From: Octopus sinensis
Lineage: Eukaryota
NCBI RefSeq assembly: GCF_006345805.1
Contig: NW_021833820.1
Location: 1-47,069, forward strand
Direction of reading: 5' to 3'
DNA length: 47,069 nucleotides
The position numbers were made by a program, and so were the translations under genes. A model generated the notes under the pieces. That model ran no database searches. It saw nothing but the letters and a program-made list of their open reading frames with translations, and was not told where the DNA came from. Positions 1 through 12,735 of the stretch are shown here, one piece after another (within the stretch, counting starts at the first letter, position 1; every line of letters begins with the position of its first letter).

Positions 1-10
1 TCACCCATAC

Positions 11-24
11 TTAATATATATATA

Positions 25-57
<33 letters not shown>

Positions 58-343
58 ATACATATATATAAATATATATAAATATATATATATATATAAA
101 TATATATATATACATATATATATATATTATATATATAAATATATATATATATATATAATATATATTATATATATATATATATATATACATATATAAAATA
201 TATATATATAAAATATATATATAATAATATATATTAAAATATATATAAATATATAAATATATATATATAAATATATAAATATATATATAATATATAAATA
301 TATATATAAATATATAAATATATATAAATATATATATATATAC

Positions 344-374
<31 letters not shown>

Positions 375-563
375 AATATATATATAAATATATAAATATA
401 TATATAAATATATAAATATTATATAATATATATATAAATATATAAATATATATATAACTATAAATATATATATAAATATATATATAAATATATATATAAT
501 ATATTATAATATATATATATATAAATATATATATAAATATATATATAATATATAATATATATA

Positions 564-594
<31 letters not shown>

Positions 595-658
595 AAATAT
601 ATATATAAATATATATATAATATTTATATATATATAAATATATATATAAATATTTATA
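11..658. repeat. (TA)n microsatellite, interrupted
   Basis: Continuous TATA with aa/tt interruptions; source of the IYIY pseudo-ORF 127..948. Confidence 0.98.
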
Positions 659-1436
659 TGCCGGTGGCACACAAGAAAACCATCCGAACGTGGCCGTAGC
701 CAGTACCGCACCGACTGGCCTCCGTGCTGTGGGCACGTAACAAACACCATCCGATCGTGGCCGTTCCCCAATCTCATCTGGCACCTGTGTCGGTGGCACA
801 TAAAAACACCATCCGAAGACCCGGCAAGACTAGTCAGGCCATAACCTGTGGACCCTACCTGGGACGTAGTCAGTCCACCTGTGCATACCTTCCTTCTTGT
901 GACACTTGTGAAGACCTGTTGAGGCAAGTGAAAATCAAAACAAATCAAAATAGATGAACATCAATGGAATTTATATCTTTGTGGTACCAGTGCTGGTGGC
1001 ACGTGGCACACAAGAAAACCATCCGAACGTGGCCGTAGCCAGTACCGCATCGACTGGCCTCCATGCTGTGGGCACGTAACAAACACCATCCGATCGTGGC
1101 CGTTTGCCAGCCTCATCTGGCACCTGTGTTGGTGGCACATAAAAACACCATCCAAGCGTGGCCGTCTGCCAGCCTCGTCTGGCACCTGTGTCGGTGGCAC
1201 ATAAAAAACACCATCCGAGCGTGGCCGTTTGCCAGCCTCATCTGGCACCTGTGTCGGTGGCACATAAAATCACCCACTACACTCTCGGAGTGGTTGGCGT
1301 TAGGAAGGGCATCCAGCTGTAGAAACACTGCCAGATCTGACTGGACTGGTGCAGCTTTCGGGCTCCCCAGACCCCAGTTGAACCGTCCAACCCATGCTAG
1401 CATGGAAAGCGGACGTTAAATGATGATGATGATGAT
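659..1436 (+). mobile_element. SINE-like / non-LTR 3'-end repeat with ~60-65 bp internal tandem subrepeats and (TGA)n tail
   Basis: Repeated tggcacataaaaaacaccatccgagcgtggccg units, then cacccactacactctcggagtggttggcgttaggaagggcatccagc, a 3' hairpin cgtcc..ccatgctagcatgg..ggacg and a (tga)n tail. Homologous copies at 23.9, 25.0 and 26.3 kb. Confidence 0.85.
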
Positions 1437-1788
1437 ATATATATATATTAAATATATAAATATATATATAAATATATAAATATATATATATATATATAAA
1501 TATATAATATATATAATATAATATATATAAATATATATATATTATAAATATAATATATAATATATATATATATATATTATATATATAATATATTTATATA
1601 TATATATATATTTATATAATAATAGTTATCGCCATACTAATATGGCATTCTTATAAAAATAAGAAAAAAGCTGTCCGCTTATTAGCTCCATGAGGCCATC
1701 GCCTTAAGTTAGCTATTTGATACACAAACTGTATCCATATAACCTTCGAACAAGGGAGGTCAGTCACTCCACACTACTTGACCGGCAG

Positions 1789-1828
1789 CTACAGACGCGT
1801 TTCGGGGTATTGTCCCTTTTCAATGCAG
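1789..1828 (-). ncRNA. Minimal type I hammerhead ribozyme, U3-A8 core variant (H1)
   Basis: Minus strand reads ctgca-TTGAAAA-ggga caata cccc-GAAA-cgcg-TC-tgtag; one stem II mismatch. Confidence 0.7.
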
Positions 1829-2309
1829 CGTAGCCAGCCAGTAGGTGTCGCTTCCGACAATCTCTGTTCGATGGTTTTATTTATATAGTTTCAGTGGAAT
1901 ACATCCACTTGTTTTCAATAATAGAAATATTAAAGTAACTAAGTCTCTCTAAAAGAGAACAGCGGCAGCGTTCCCGGAAAATAATAGTTATCGCCATACT
2001 AATATGGCATTCTTATAAAAATAAGAAAAAAGCTGTCCGCTTATTAGCTCCATGAGGCCATCGCCTTAAGTTAGCTATTTGATATATATGGAGCTAATAA
2101 GCGGGCAGCTTTTTTCTTATTTTTATAAGAATGCCATATTAGTATGGCGATAACTATTATTTTCCGGGAACGCTGCCGCTGTTCTCTTTTAGAGAGCACT
2201 AGTTATTTTAATATTCTATTATTGAAAACAAGTGGATGTATTCCACTGAAACTAGGTAAATAAACCTCGAACAGAGATTGTCGGAAGCGACACCTACTGG
2301 CTGGCTACG

Positions 2310-2349
2310 CTGCATTGAAAAGGGGCAATACCCCGAAACGCGTCTGTAG
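2310..2349 (+). ncRNA. Minimal type I hammerhead ribozyme, U3-A8 core variant (H1)
   Basis: ctgca / TTGAAAA / gggg-caata-cccc / GAAA / palindromic acgcgt / GUC site (cleavage after 2344) / tgtag pairing with ctgca. Confidence 0.8.
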
Positions 2350-2667
2350 CTGCCGGTCAAGTAGTGTGGAGCGATTGACCTCCCTTGTTCGAAGGTTATA
2401 TGGATACAGTTTGTGTATCAAATAGCTAACTTAAGGCGATGGCCTCATGGAGCTAATAAGCGGACAGCTTTTTTCTTATTTTTATAAGAATGCCATATTA
2501 GTATGGCGATAACTATTATTTTCCGGGAACGCTGCTGCTTGCTCTTTTAGAGAGACTTAGTTATTTTAATATTTCTATTATTGAAAAAGTGGATGTATTC
2601 CACTGAACTAGGTAAATAAAACCATCGAACAGAGATTGTCGGAAGCGACACCTACTGGCTGGCTACG

Positions 2668-2707
2668 CTGCATTGAAAAGGGGCAATACCCCGAAACGCG
2701 TCTGAAG
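2668..2707 (+). ncRNA. Minimal type I hammerhead ribozyme, U3-A8 variant, stem I mismatch (H1)
   Basis: Same as 2310-2349 but the 3' stem I strand is tgaag. Confidence 0.7.
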
Positions 2708-2935
2708 CTGCCGGTCAAGTGTGTGGAGCGACTGACCTCCCTTGTCGAAGGTTATATGGATACAGTTTGTGTATCAAATAGCTAACTTAAGGCGATGGCC
2801 TCAAGGAGCTAATAAGTGGACAGCTTTTTTCTTATTTTTATAAGAATGCCATATTAGTATGGCGATAACATTATTTTCCGGGAACGCTGCCGCTGTTCTC
2901 TTTTAGAGAGACTTAGTTATTTTAATATTTCTATT

Positions 2936-3153
2936 ATATTTATATATATATATTTATATATATATATATATATATAATATATATATATATATATAATTTA
3001 TATATATATATATATAAATATATATATTTATATATATATAAAATATATATTATATATATATTAATATATATATATATAGAAATATATATATATATTAAAT
3101 ATATATTATATATAGATATATATATAAATATAAATATATATATAAATAAATAT

Positions 3154-3186
<33 letters not shown>

Positions 3187-3238
3187 TATAAATATATATA
3201 TAATATATATATATAAATATAATATATAAATATAATAA

Positions 3239-3284
<46 letters not shown>

Positions 3285-3303
3285 AAAAATATATATTCTA
3301 TAT

Positions 3304-3349
<46 letters not shown>

Positions 3350-3638
3350 TATATATATTATATATAAAATATATCATATATATATATCTAAATATATATA
3401 TATATATATATAGAAATATATATAAATATATAATATATATATAAATATATTATGTATATAAATATATATATATATATAAATTATATATAAATATATAAAT
3501 ATATATATAAAAATATATATATAAATATATAAATATATATATAAATATATATATAAATATATAAATATATATATATATAAATAATATATATAATATATAT
3601 AATATAAATATATATATATATAATATATATATAAATAT

Positions 3639-3726
<88 letters not shown>

Positions 3727-3790
3727 TTATATATATATATTTATATATTTTATATAGATATATATTATATATATTATATATATATATATT

Positions 3791-3827
<37 letters not shown>

Positions 3828-3900
3828 TTAATATATATATATTATATATATATTTATATATATTATTTATATATATATATATATATAAATATATATATAT
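2936..3900. repeat. (TA)n microsatellite
   Basis: ~1 kb interrupted TA tract. Confidence 0.98.
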
Positions 3901-3944
3901 AAAGTATAGAAGCCATCTTATAATGGTTAACCACATATATATGG

Positions 3945-6400
3945 ATCTCTGCTTCACGAACAATATGGATATCATTCATGATGTGAAAGTGACACCGACA
4001 TCAGTTTCGGATCACAACATAATAGAGCTGTCTATGTTTTGGCCGAAAGTGACCAGAGACATACAGCCTAAAGGAAGCACCCGAAATCTCTCCAATCTGA
4101 ACTTCCACAAAGCAGATTGGAAATCGATCCAAAAAGAGATCCTCAGAGAGGACTGGCCGAAATGTCTCTCCACACCAGACATTGACATGAAACTAGAATG
4201 TTTCATGTCTTCTATGCAAGCCGTATGCCAGAAATATGTCCCAGAACACAAGGCCAAAACAAATAGGAGCAGGATTCCAAGAGACAGCAAGATCCTCATG
4301 AGACGACGGACGAAGGTTGCAAATCGTCTCAACCAACATCCCAAAAGTAGCGAAACGTCCCGCCGAAAAACAACACTGATGGAGATCGAAAAAAGGCTGC
4401 AACAATCCTATGTGAAGGAGAAAGCAGACAAAGAAGCCTGGGTTATCAAAAACTTTAAATCAAACCCAAAGGCCTTCTTTCATTACGCGAAAAGAAAAGA
4501 GAAACAGTCTCAATGCACTACAAGATAGGACCCCTCCTCCAAAAGGATGGCTCCCTCACAGGACAGTCCAACTATGATCAGTGAGATGCTGAATGGCCAG
4601 TTCAAAAGTGTCATTACACCCCGTTGGAACACAGACAAGTGAACGAACCAGTGGACTTCTTTGCCGCCTCACCTATAACCAGCGCGAGGCCGGGTTACAA
4701 TAGAATGTATTGACATTAGCAAAAAAGATGTCCTACTAGCCATAGATGAAGTGGATACAAACTCAGCTGCTGGTCCAGACTGTTTCCCAGCCATCCTCTC
4801 CAAAGCGTGGCGTGTAAGCATGCCCTGCAAAACCCCTCAAGATTCTCTTCCAGAGCTTTCTTGCGAATGGCAAACTGCCAAGCAGCTGAAGGAGGGAATA
4901 ATATGCCCAATACATGAGGGGGAAAGAAATAGAGCAGATGCCAAAAAAACTATAGGCTATCTCTCTGACTTCACACATCAACAAAGTCATGGAAAGGATA
5001 GTCGAAGAAAGAAACTAATCGCATTCCTGAGGAAAATGACTTGCTGAGTAATATCCAGCATGGTTTTCGACCAGGTAGGAGCTGCCTGACCCAGCTCTAC
5101 AGCATTATGACTGGGTGTTGAGGCAGAGTTACTCAACAAATCAAATGTGGCACGTAATCTACCTTGATTTTGCAAAAGCTTTTGACAAGGTGGATCATGG
5201 ATGATATGCCACAAACTACGTGACCTCGGCATAGCTGGAAAACTTGGAGTGTGGTTGCTGACTTCCTGAAAGATAGGAGTCAGGCAGTAGTGGTTAATGG
5301 AGCCACCTCTATGAAACACACAAATAGTGAGCGGTGTTCCACAGGGCACTGTCTGGGACACTGCTTTTATAGTGGCCCTCTCAGATATGCCCTCAAATGC
5401 CCGGATAGCCACTCTGGCCAGCTATGCAGACGATACGAAAGTCTCGCAGAAAATACAGAACCCCAGCGATGTTGCACACCTGCAGCAAGAGTCGGACTCA
5501 ATCTACAGATGGGCTGAGGATAATAATATGCAGTTTAATGCTGAAAAATTCCAGGCCCTGCGCTACCAGCATCCAAAACTGAATATTAAACTTACAGGAT
5601 ACACTGGTCCACAGGGAATTTCAATCCCAGAACCTAAGTCTGTGAGGGTATCGACATGAGTGAGGATACCTCTTTCCAAGTGCACATTACCAGGATGACG
5701 AGAAAGTGCAGACGACTGGCTGGGTGGATTCTAAAAACATTCAGAACCAGAGATAAGGAAACCATGATGGTCCTCTGGCGGACATTCGTCCTCAGTCGCC
5801 TGGATTACTGCTCACAGCTATGGTCACCCACCAGTTTATAATTAACAGCAGACCTTGAAGCAATCCAGAGAAGATTCACAAAGAAGATCGTCTCTTTGCA
5901 ACGGCTCAGCTACTGGGAAAGGCTGAAATAGCTAAGACTCTACTCCCTGGAGAGAAGACGAGAGAGGTATGCAGTAATATATGTCTGGAAGATCCATGAA
6001 GGAATTGTGCCAAATTTTGGCATTGTAAGCTACACCAATGCTAGAACGAGACGACACTGCATAGTGCCAAAGATCCCAGTAATGCCATCAGGCTTCAGGA
6101 CCAGCTTCTGCAACAGCCTGGGTTTCAAGGGCCCACAGCTTTTTAATATTCTCCCAAAGAGTCTGAGGAACTTGCACAAAGTAGATGTAGCGGTTTTTAA
6201 ATCAAAGCTGGACATCTTCCTGTCAAGAGTCCCAGATGAACCTAACTCACGGCAAGAGGTGCAAATGAGAGTAGCTGTATCAAACTCCATTCTTCACCAA
6301 GTGCCACATAACAGACGAGGTTCGTCGCAATAACAGTGTAGCACAAAACGGCGGTGCATCAGCATGGCCGCAGCTCTGAGCTGAAACTAGAAGAAAAAAG
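3945..6400 (+). pseudogene. 5'-truncated, frameshifted CR1/L2-group LINE (family B): endonuclease C-terminus, RT, 3' UTR
   Basis: ORF fragments DLCFTNN..SDHN, SAAGPD, SGVPQG..YADD, LDYCSQLWSP, FKGPQLFN..RVPDEP; 3' hairpin cagctctgagctg; clearly diverged from family A. Confidence 0.92.
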
Positions 6401-6418
6401 TATATATGTAAATATATA

Positions 6419-8870
6419 TGAAAGTGACACCGACACTACTCTCGGATCACAACAGTGAAAGTGACACCGACACTACTCTCGGATCACAACATGATAGAGC
6501 TGACCATGTACGGGCCAAAAGAGAGCACGGACATGCAGCCTACAAGAAACACTCAAAATCTTTCCAGCTTGAACTACCATAAGGCAACTGGAAACAAATT
6601 GAGAAAGAGATCCTCAAACAAACTGCCTAAATGTCTCTCCTCGCCAGACATCGACGTGAAACTTCAACAATTCATGTCTGTAATGCAAGCCATATGCTAC
6701 AAATGTGTCCCAGAGAGAAAGGCCACTGTACACAAGAACAAAATCCCCAGAGAGAGGAAAATTTTAATGAGACGGCGTACGAAATTTTCAAATCGCCTAA
6801 ACAAACAGATTGAAAGCAGTGAAAAGTCCCGCCTAAAAATAAAACTGTTGGAAATCGAAAAATGTCTGCAACTCTCCCATGAAAAAGAAAGAGCAGACAA
6901 AGAAGCCTGGGCTATAGAAAACATAAAATCTAACCCCAGAGCTTTCTACAGGTATGCCAAAGAAACAGCTACAGTGCACTGTAGAATAGGGCCACTCCTC
7001 GAAAAGGATGGCACACTTACAGGAAAAACAATGAGAGGGTAAGTGAAATACTGAATGAGCAATTCAAGAGTGTTTTCACTCCACCCCTTGGGCATCTCCA
7101 AATCACCAATCCAACTGACTTTTTTAACACTGCAGATATAAAATCAGAGCGGCGACGATAGATTACATCGATATAAAGGAAGAAGATGTAACCAAGGCTA
7201 TAGATGAAATGAAAACAGACTCAGCTACTGCCCCGATGGATTCCCGGCAATCCTCCTAAAAGCATGTAAGAGAGTCCTAGCAAGACCACTGCAGTTCCTC
7301 TTTCAGAGCTTCCTTGCAGCTGGCAAACTTCCAGGAAAACTGAAGGAAGGTAAAATATGCCCCATTCATAAAGGAGTAGCAGAGCGGAAGCCAAGAACTA
7401 TAGACCTATCTCTCTGACCTCACACATCAGCAAGTCATGGAACGAATAGTCAGAAGGAAGCTGATCACCTTCCTTGAAGAGAATGACTTGCTGCCCGACA
7501 CCCAACATGGTTTCCGACCAGGGAGAAGCTGTTTAACTCAGCTCCTACAACACTATGACTGGGTGCTGAAACGGCTGCTCAACCACTCAAATGTGGAAGT
7601 GATATATCTCGACTTTGCAAAGGCCTTTGATAAAGTCGATCATGGAATGATATGTCACAAACTGCGTGATCTCAACATAGTTGGAAAACTGGGAGAATGG
7701 CTTCATGACTTTCTGAAGGATAGAAGTCAGGTGGTAGTAGCCAATGGGGCCACCTCCATTAACACACAAATAGTGAGCGGTGTTCCGCAGGGCACTGTCT
7801 TGGGACCACTACTGTTCATAATGGCCCTCTCAGACATGCCCTCAGCCACGCAGAGAGCCACGATCACAAGTTATGCAGATGATACAAAAGTTTCACAGGC
7901 AATACAGAACCTGAGGACACTAAACACCTGCAATGTGAGCTGGACGAAATATACAAGTGGCTGAAAAGAATAGCATGCAGTTCAATGCTGGAAAGTTTCA
8001 AGCTTTATACTATCAGCATGCAAAACTGAATGCAATACCCAATGAATACACTGGACCCGGAGGGATTGCAATCCCAGAGGCACAATCAGTGCGTGACCTG
8101 GGTATTCACATGAGTGATGACGCGACCTTTCATGTACATGTTGCTAAACTGACAATGAAATGTAGACGGCTGGCTGGATGGATTCTTAGAACCTTTAGAA
8201 CAAGAGAACAGAAACCATGATGGTCCTCTGGAAGACACTTGTCCTAAGCCACTTTGACTATTGCTCTCAGTTATGGTCACCATCCAGTGTCAAGTTGATC
8301 ACAGAACTTGAGGCGATCCAACGAAGCTACACAAGAAGATAGCCTCTATGCAGAATGTAAGCTACTGGGAAAGACTCAAGAGATTAAAATTATATTCCCT
8401 GGAGCGTAGGCGGGAAAGATATGCAATAATATACATCTGGAAGATCCTGGAGGGAAGTGTCCTGAACTTTGCATCGAGAGTTACGCAAATGCCAGAACTG
8501 GGCGCCACTGCGTGGTGCCTAGGACTCCAAACCTGCCATCAAGATGTAGGACAAGATTCTGTGATAGCCTGGGTTTCCGAGGCCCACAGCTCTTCAATAT
8601 CCTCCCGAAGAACCTGAGAGACCTGCATGGGGTGGATACAGATGTCTTTAAAATGAAGCTGGATCTCTTCCTGTCAGGTGTCCCAGATGAACCAACTTCA
8701 CGGCAGGAGGGGCAGATGAGGGCAGCTGCATCAAACTCTCTCATGCACCAAATAGCAGTTGCTAGAAAACCTCCATGAAGTGAAACCAAGTAGCAACACC
8801 AAATGGCGGTGCCCCAGCATGGCCACAGCTCATAAGCTGAAACTAGAATCAATCAATCAATCAATCAATC
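6419..8870 (+). pseudogene. 5'-truncated CR1/L2-group LINE (family A) with duplicated 5' end and (AATC)n tail
   Basis: Near-identical to 20810-23225; YLDFAKAFDKVDH and QGTVLGPLLF..YADD motifs; (aatc)n tail ending at 8870; 35-bp duplication 6419-6453 / 6456-6490. Confidence 0.95.
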
Positions 8871-8895
8871 ATATATATATATATATATAAATTAT

Positions 8896-8926
<31 letters not shown>

Positions 8927-8959
8927 AATATATATAAATATATATTATATATATATATA

Positions 8960-9345
8960 TATATTATATATAAACGGCAGTTTGTCTGTCTGCGTGTCTG
9001 TGTGTCTGTTAGGTTGTACCCTCACCCTGACCACGGCTTTCAACCGATTCTGATGAAACTTGACACACACATAGCCCAATGTCATAATTCAAAACTAACG
9101 CAGCCAAAATTTTGAAAAGTTCCCCCAGTTCTGAAAAAAATCGATAAATTCGACATGGGGTCGAGAATCAGAAACACAAACCACAGACTGTCTAGGGGAC
9201 GCAACTCGACCTTTTTAACTCTCAAAAAGACTTTTACCATAATTTTTTTTTCCATTTTTTTGCTATTTTTTGGCTATAACTCTCTAAAAATGCTTTATAG
9301 TTATTTCCCTTACAAACCCGAGCAACGCCGGGCGATACTGCTAGT
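8960..9345 (+). mobile_element. Non-autonomous Helitron-like element
   Basis: 5' (gtct)n-like tract then aaccgatt..tgaaacttgacacac; 3' GC hairpin cccgagcaacgccggg (9317-9332) followed by CTAG-T (9341-9345), the Helitron 3' signature. 5' end obscured by TA. Confidence 0.75.
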
Positions 9346-9521
9346 TATATATATATAAATATATATATATATAAATAAATATATATATAATATATATATA
9401 TAATATATATTATACTATATAATATATATATATATATAAATATATATATATATATTATATAATAAATATAAATATATATATATATATAATAGATATATAA
9501 TATATATATATTATATAATAT

Positions 9522-9581
<60 letters not shown>

Positions 9582-9606
9582 ATATATAAATATATATATA
9601 TATATA

Positions 9607-9637
<31 letters not shown>

Positions 9638-9646
9638 AATATATAT

Positions 9647-10100
9647 TTAGTGAATTGAAGAAATGGAGTTGAACGAAGATTGAACAGAAATCGTTTTATT
9701 GCATTCTACACGTGTTTCTAAAGGCACAATTTACCAAATTCCGATTGAATAAGGAGACCATATTGTGTCTTTCTCTTCAGGAAGAAATAGGAAATCCGTT
9801 GGAAAAAACAAAAACAGAACAGAGGCGGAGCAAAACAAATCGAACGAGGCTCCTAAGTAAATTGTGCCTTTCGAAACACGTGTAGAATGCAATAAAACGA
9901 TTTCTGTTCAATCTTCGTTCAACTCCATTTCTTCAATTCACTAATAATATTAAAATTCAATTTTCCGCACCAACGCACGGTTGCAACACCATATGGTTGT
10001 ACCTCCAACCGTGCTGCCTTCTGCTGTGATTTTTGCTACCAAGGTAACGGTTAAACTTTTGATTAATCTGCAACAAGATTATTCATCTTTCTATTTCACA
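9647..10100. mobile_element. Inverted-repeat cassette (88-bp arms 9647-9734 / 9857-9944) with HHR (family H3)
   Basis: Arms match with a single visible mismatch; additional hairpin gcacggttg/caaccgtgc at 9975-10014. Confidence 0.75.
9701..9784 (-). ncRNA. Type I hammerhead ribozyme with long stem II, probably decayed (H3)
   Basis: Minus strand: ttc-CTGAAGA-gaaagacacaat..attgtgccttta-GAAA-cacgtg-TA-gaa; palindromic acacgtgt; GUA site. The right-arm copy keeps the C closing stem II. Confidence 0.6.
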
Positions 10101-10211
10101 AAATATATAAATTATATATATCTATATTATAATATAAATATTATAATATATATATATATATATCTATATAATATATATATATAAATATATAAATATATAT
10201 GTAATATAAAT

Positions 10212-10247
<36 letters not shown>

Positions 10248-10261
10248 CAATCAATCAATCA

Positions 10262-10295
<34 letters not shown>

Positions 10296-10462
10296 TATAT
10301 ATATTAAATAATATATATATGTATATAATAAATATATATATGTATATATGTATATTATATATATAAAATATATATATTTAAATATATATATATATATATG
10401 TATATGTATATATAAATATATATATATATATGTATATATATAAATATATATATAGTACATAT

Positions 10463-10510
<48 letters not shown>

Positions 10511-10523
10511 TATATATATGTAC

Positions 10524-10562
<39 letters not shown>

Positions 10563-10565
<3 letters not shown>

Positions 10566-11753
10566 CTCGATACAATAATTGTTTCTTGTCAGGAACAAAA
10601 AGATTTAATAGGACTGCAATAGAAGTGCTCTAATGGAAGAGACAAAAATATCAAACTAAAATCATTGGACAAGCAAATACAAAGTCAACCGCATGTCATT
10701 TCATAATTCGAACATTTAATTATAGAATAAACATATAATCCGCAAGATGGAACAAAATTCATATGTACAGCACGTAATAATAATAACATAATATTAATAT
10801 GGTATGGTGCGAGAAAAATTCTTGTTAAAACTTAGAATTAATATTCAAGCGATTCAAAGAGAATACATTTATAAGGACGTAGAAAGTAAAATATAATATA
10901 AGTAATATATAAAAATATATAGGTATATAAAAATATAGGCATATAAAAATATATAAAACATATATAAATATATATACATATATATAGGAGCATATAAAAA
11001 TATAACATATATATATATATCGTGTAAATAAAGTAAAATAATGTTCATCGTTTAGAAATCTTAATAGGTAAAATAAGCCTTATATACAAGAAGGAAATCA
11101 TGTTTACTTATCCCTATGGCCATTTCAGGGGTTATCCGTGCATGAATACCAAAGTGGGAAAGCAAACAACACCGTACGGGCCTGGTGCGTGATGGCTATC
11201 TTTGCGTTTATATATATGTTTTTTCCCCTGACGAAGGAGGTATTATCGAAATGCACCCTAGTGCTTTAACCATAATACACCCCTGAAATGGCCATAGGGA
11301 TAAGTAAACATGATTTCCTTCTTGTATATAAGGCTTATTTTACCGATTAAGATTTCTAAACGATGAACATTATTTTACTTTATTTACACGATATATATAT
11401 ATGTTATATTTTTATATGCTCCTATATATATGTATATATATTTATATATGTTATATATTTATATGCCTATATTTATATACCTATATATTTTTATATATTA
11501 CTTATATTATATTTTACTTTCTACGTCCTTATAAATGTATTCTCTTTGAATCGCTTGAATATTAATTCTAGTTTTAACAAGAATTTTTCTCGCACCATAC
11601 CATATTAATATTATATTATTATTATTACGTGGCTGTACATATGAATTTTGTTCCATCTTGCGGATTATATGTTTATTCTATAATTAAATGTTCGAATTAT
11701 GAAATGACATGCGGTTGACTTTGTATTGCTTGTCCAATGATTTTAGTTTGATA
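10563..11753. mobile_element. Large inverted-repeat cassette (~480-bp arms 10648-11131 / 11280-11753) with HHR-like relic in the spacer (H4)
   Basis: Arms are reverse complements across several hundred bp; ~148-bp spacer contains ctgacga..gaaa (11228-11251). Confidence 0.8.
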
Positions 11754-11784
11754 TATATATATATATACATATATATATATGTAT

Positions 11785-11844
<60 letters not shown>

Positions 11845-11899
11845 ATAAATTATATATATATATATAAATATATATATATATTATAAATATATATAATAT

Positions 11900-12011
<112 letters not shown>

Positions 12012-12128
12012 GAGGGCATTATTATACATAGATGCCACACGCTAAGAGGGACAAAAAGTCATTTCTACCAAAAATTTTACTAATCCCACCGAATGCAATC
12101 TTTCAAAGCAAGACATTTAAAAAATGTA

Positions 12129-12175
12129 GACTTGTATCACCTGTGATTTCGTACTTACGTACTCTTCAGCAAGCC
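12129..12175 (-). ncRNA. Type I hammerhead ribozyme (H2)
   Basis: Reverse complement of the 12689-12735 motif. Confidence 0.85.
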
Positions 12176-12688
12176 TGAACGTATCATAAATAAACGACCC
12201 TGTCTCGTCGAAGCCAAGCAGCTAACTGTTCAACTTCAACGAAGCACATGGGGGAGTTTGCATATATTACATCCGGTAAATGGCAGGCTTCTTCGAATTG
12301 CATTTTGGATAGGAAAAGTTTTTTCGGAATAAAATAAAATTATTTAGCAATTAAGGACAGCGTGTGGCATCTGTGTATAATAATGCCCTCTATATATAAA
12401 TTAATATATTCAATAAGAAAGAATTATTTTCGAAATTTTTATCTTATGAGGTTATTCACGCTATCTACCTGATAAATTCTTATTAAGATTCCTTATTAAG
12501 AGGTTGTCCTTAATTGCTAAGTAATTTTATTTTATTCCAAAAAAACTTTTCCTATCCGAGATGCAATTCGAAGAAGCCTGCCATTTACCGGATGTAATAT
12601 ATGTAAACTCCCCCATGTGCTTCGTTGAAGTTGAACAGTTAGCTGCTTGGCTTCGACGAGACAGGGTCGTTTATTTATGATACGTTCA

Positions 12689-12735
12689 GGCTTGCTGAAG
12701 AGTACGTAAGTACGAAATCACAGGTGATACAAGTC
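12689..12735 (+). ncRNA. Type I hammerhead ribozyme (H2)
   Basis: ggcttg-CTGAAGA-gtac gtaa gtac-GAA-atca cagg tgat-A-caagtc: complete core, GNRA-capped stem II, AUA site (cleavage after 12729), 6-bp stem I. Confidence 0.9.

Larger units (their letters stand above)
1621..2935. mobile_element. HHR-bearing ~360-bp tandem repeat (family H1): ~1.3 units on - strand, then ~2.3 units on + strand; retrozyme / Penelope pLTR-like
   Basis: aatagttatcgccatac recurs at 1621 and 1983 (period 362); inversion at ~2082-2089; HHR motifs at 2310 and 2668 (period 358). Confidence 0.85.

Noticed and set aside
659-1270. Regular ~62-bp repeats resembling a CRISPR array
   Set aside because: The whole unit is repeated with no unique spacers, there are no cas genes, and the context is eukaryotic
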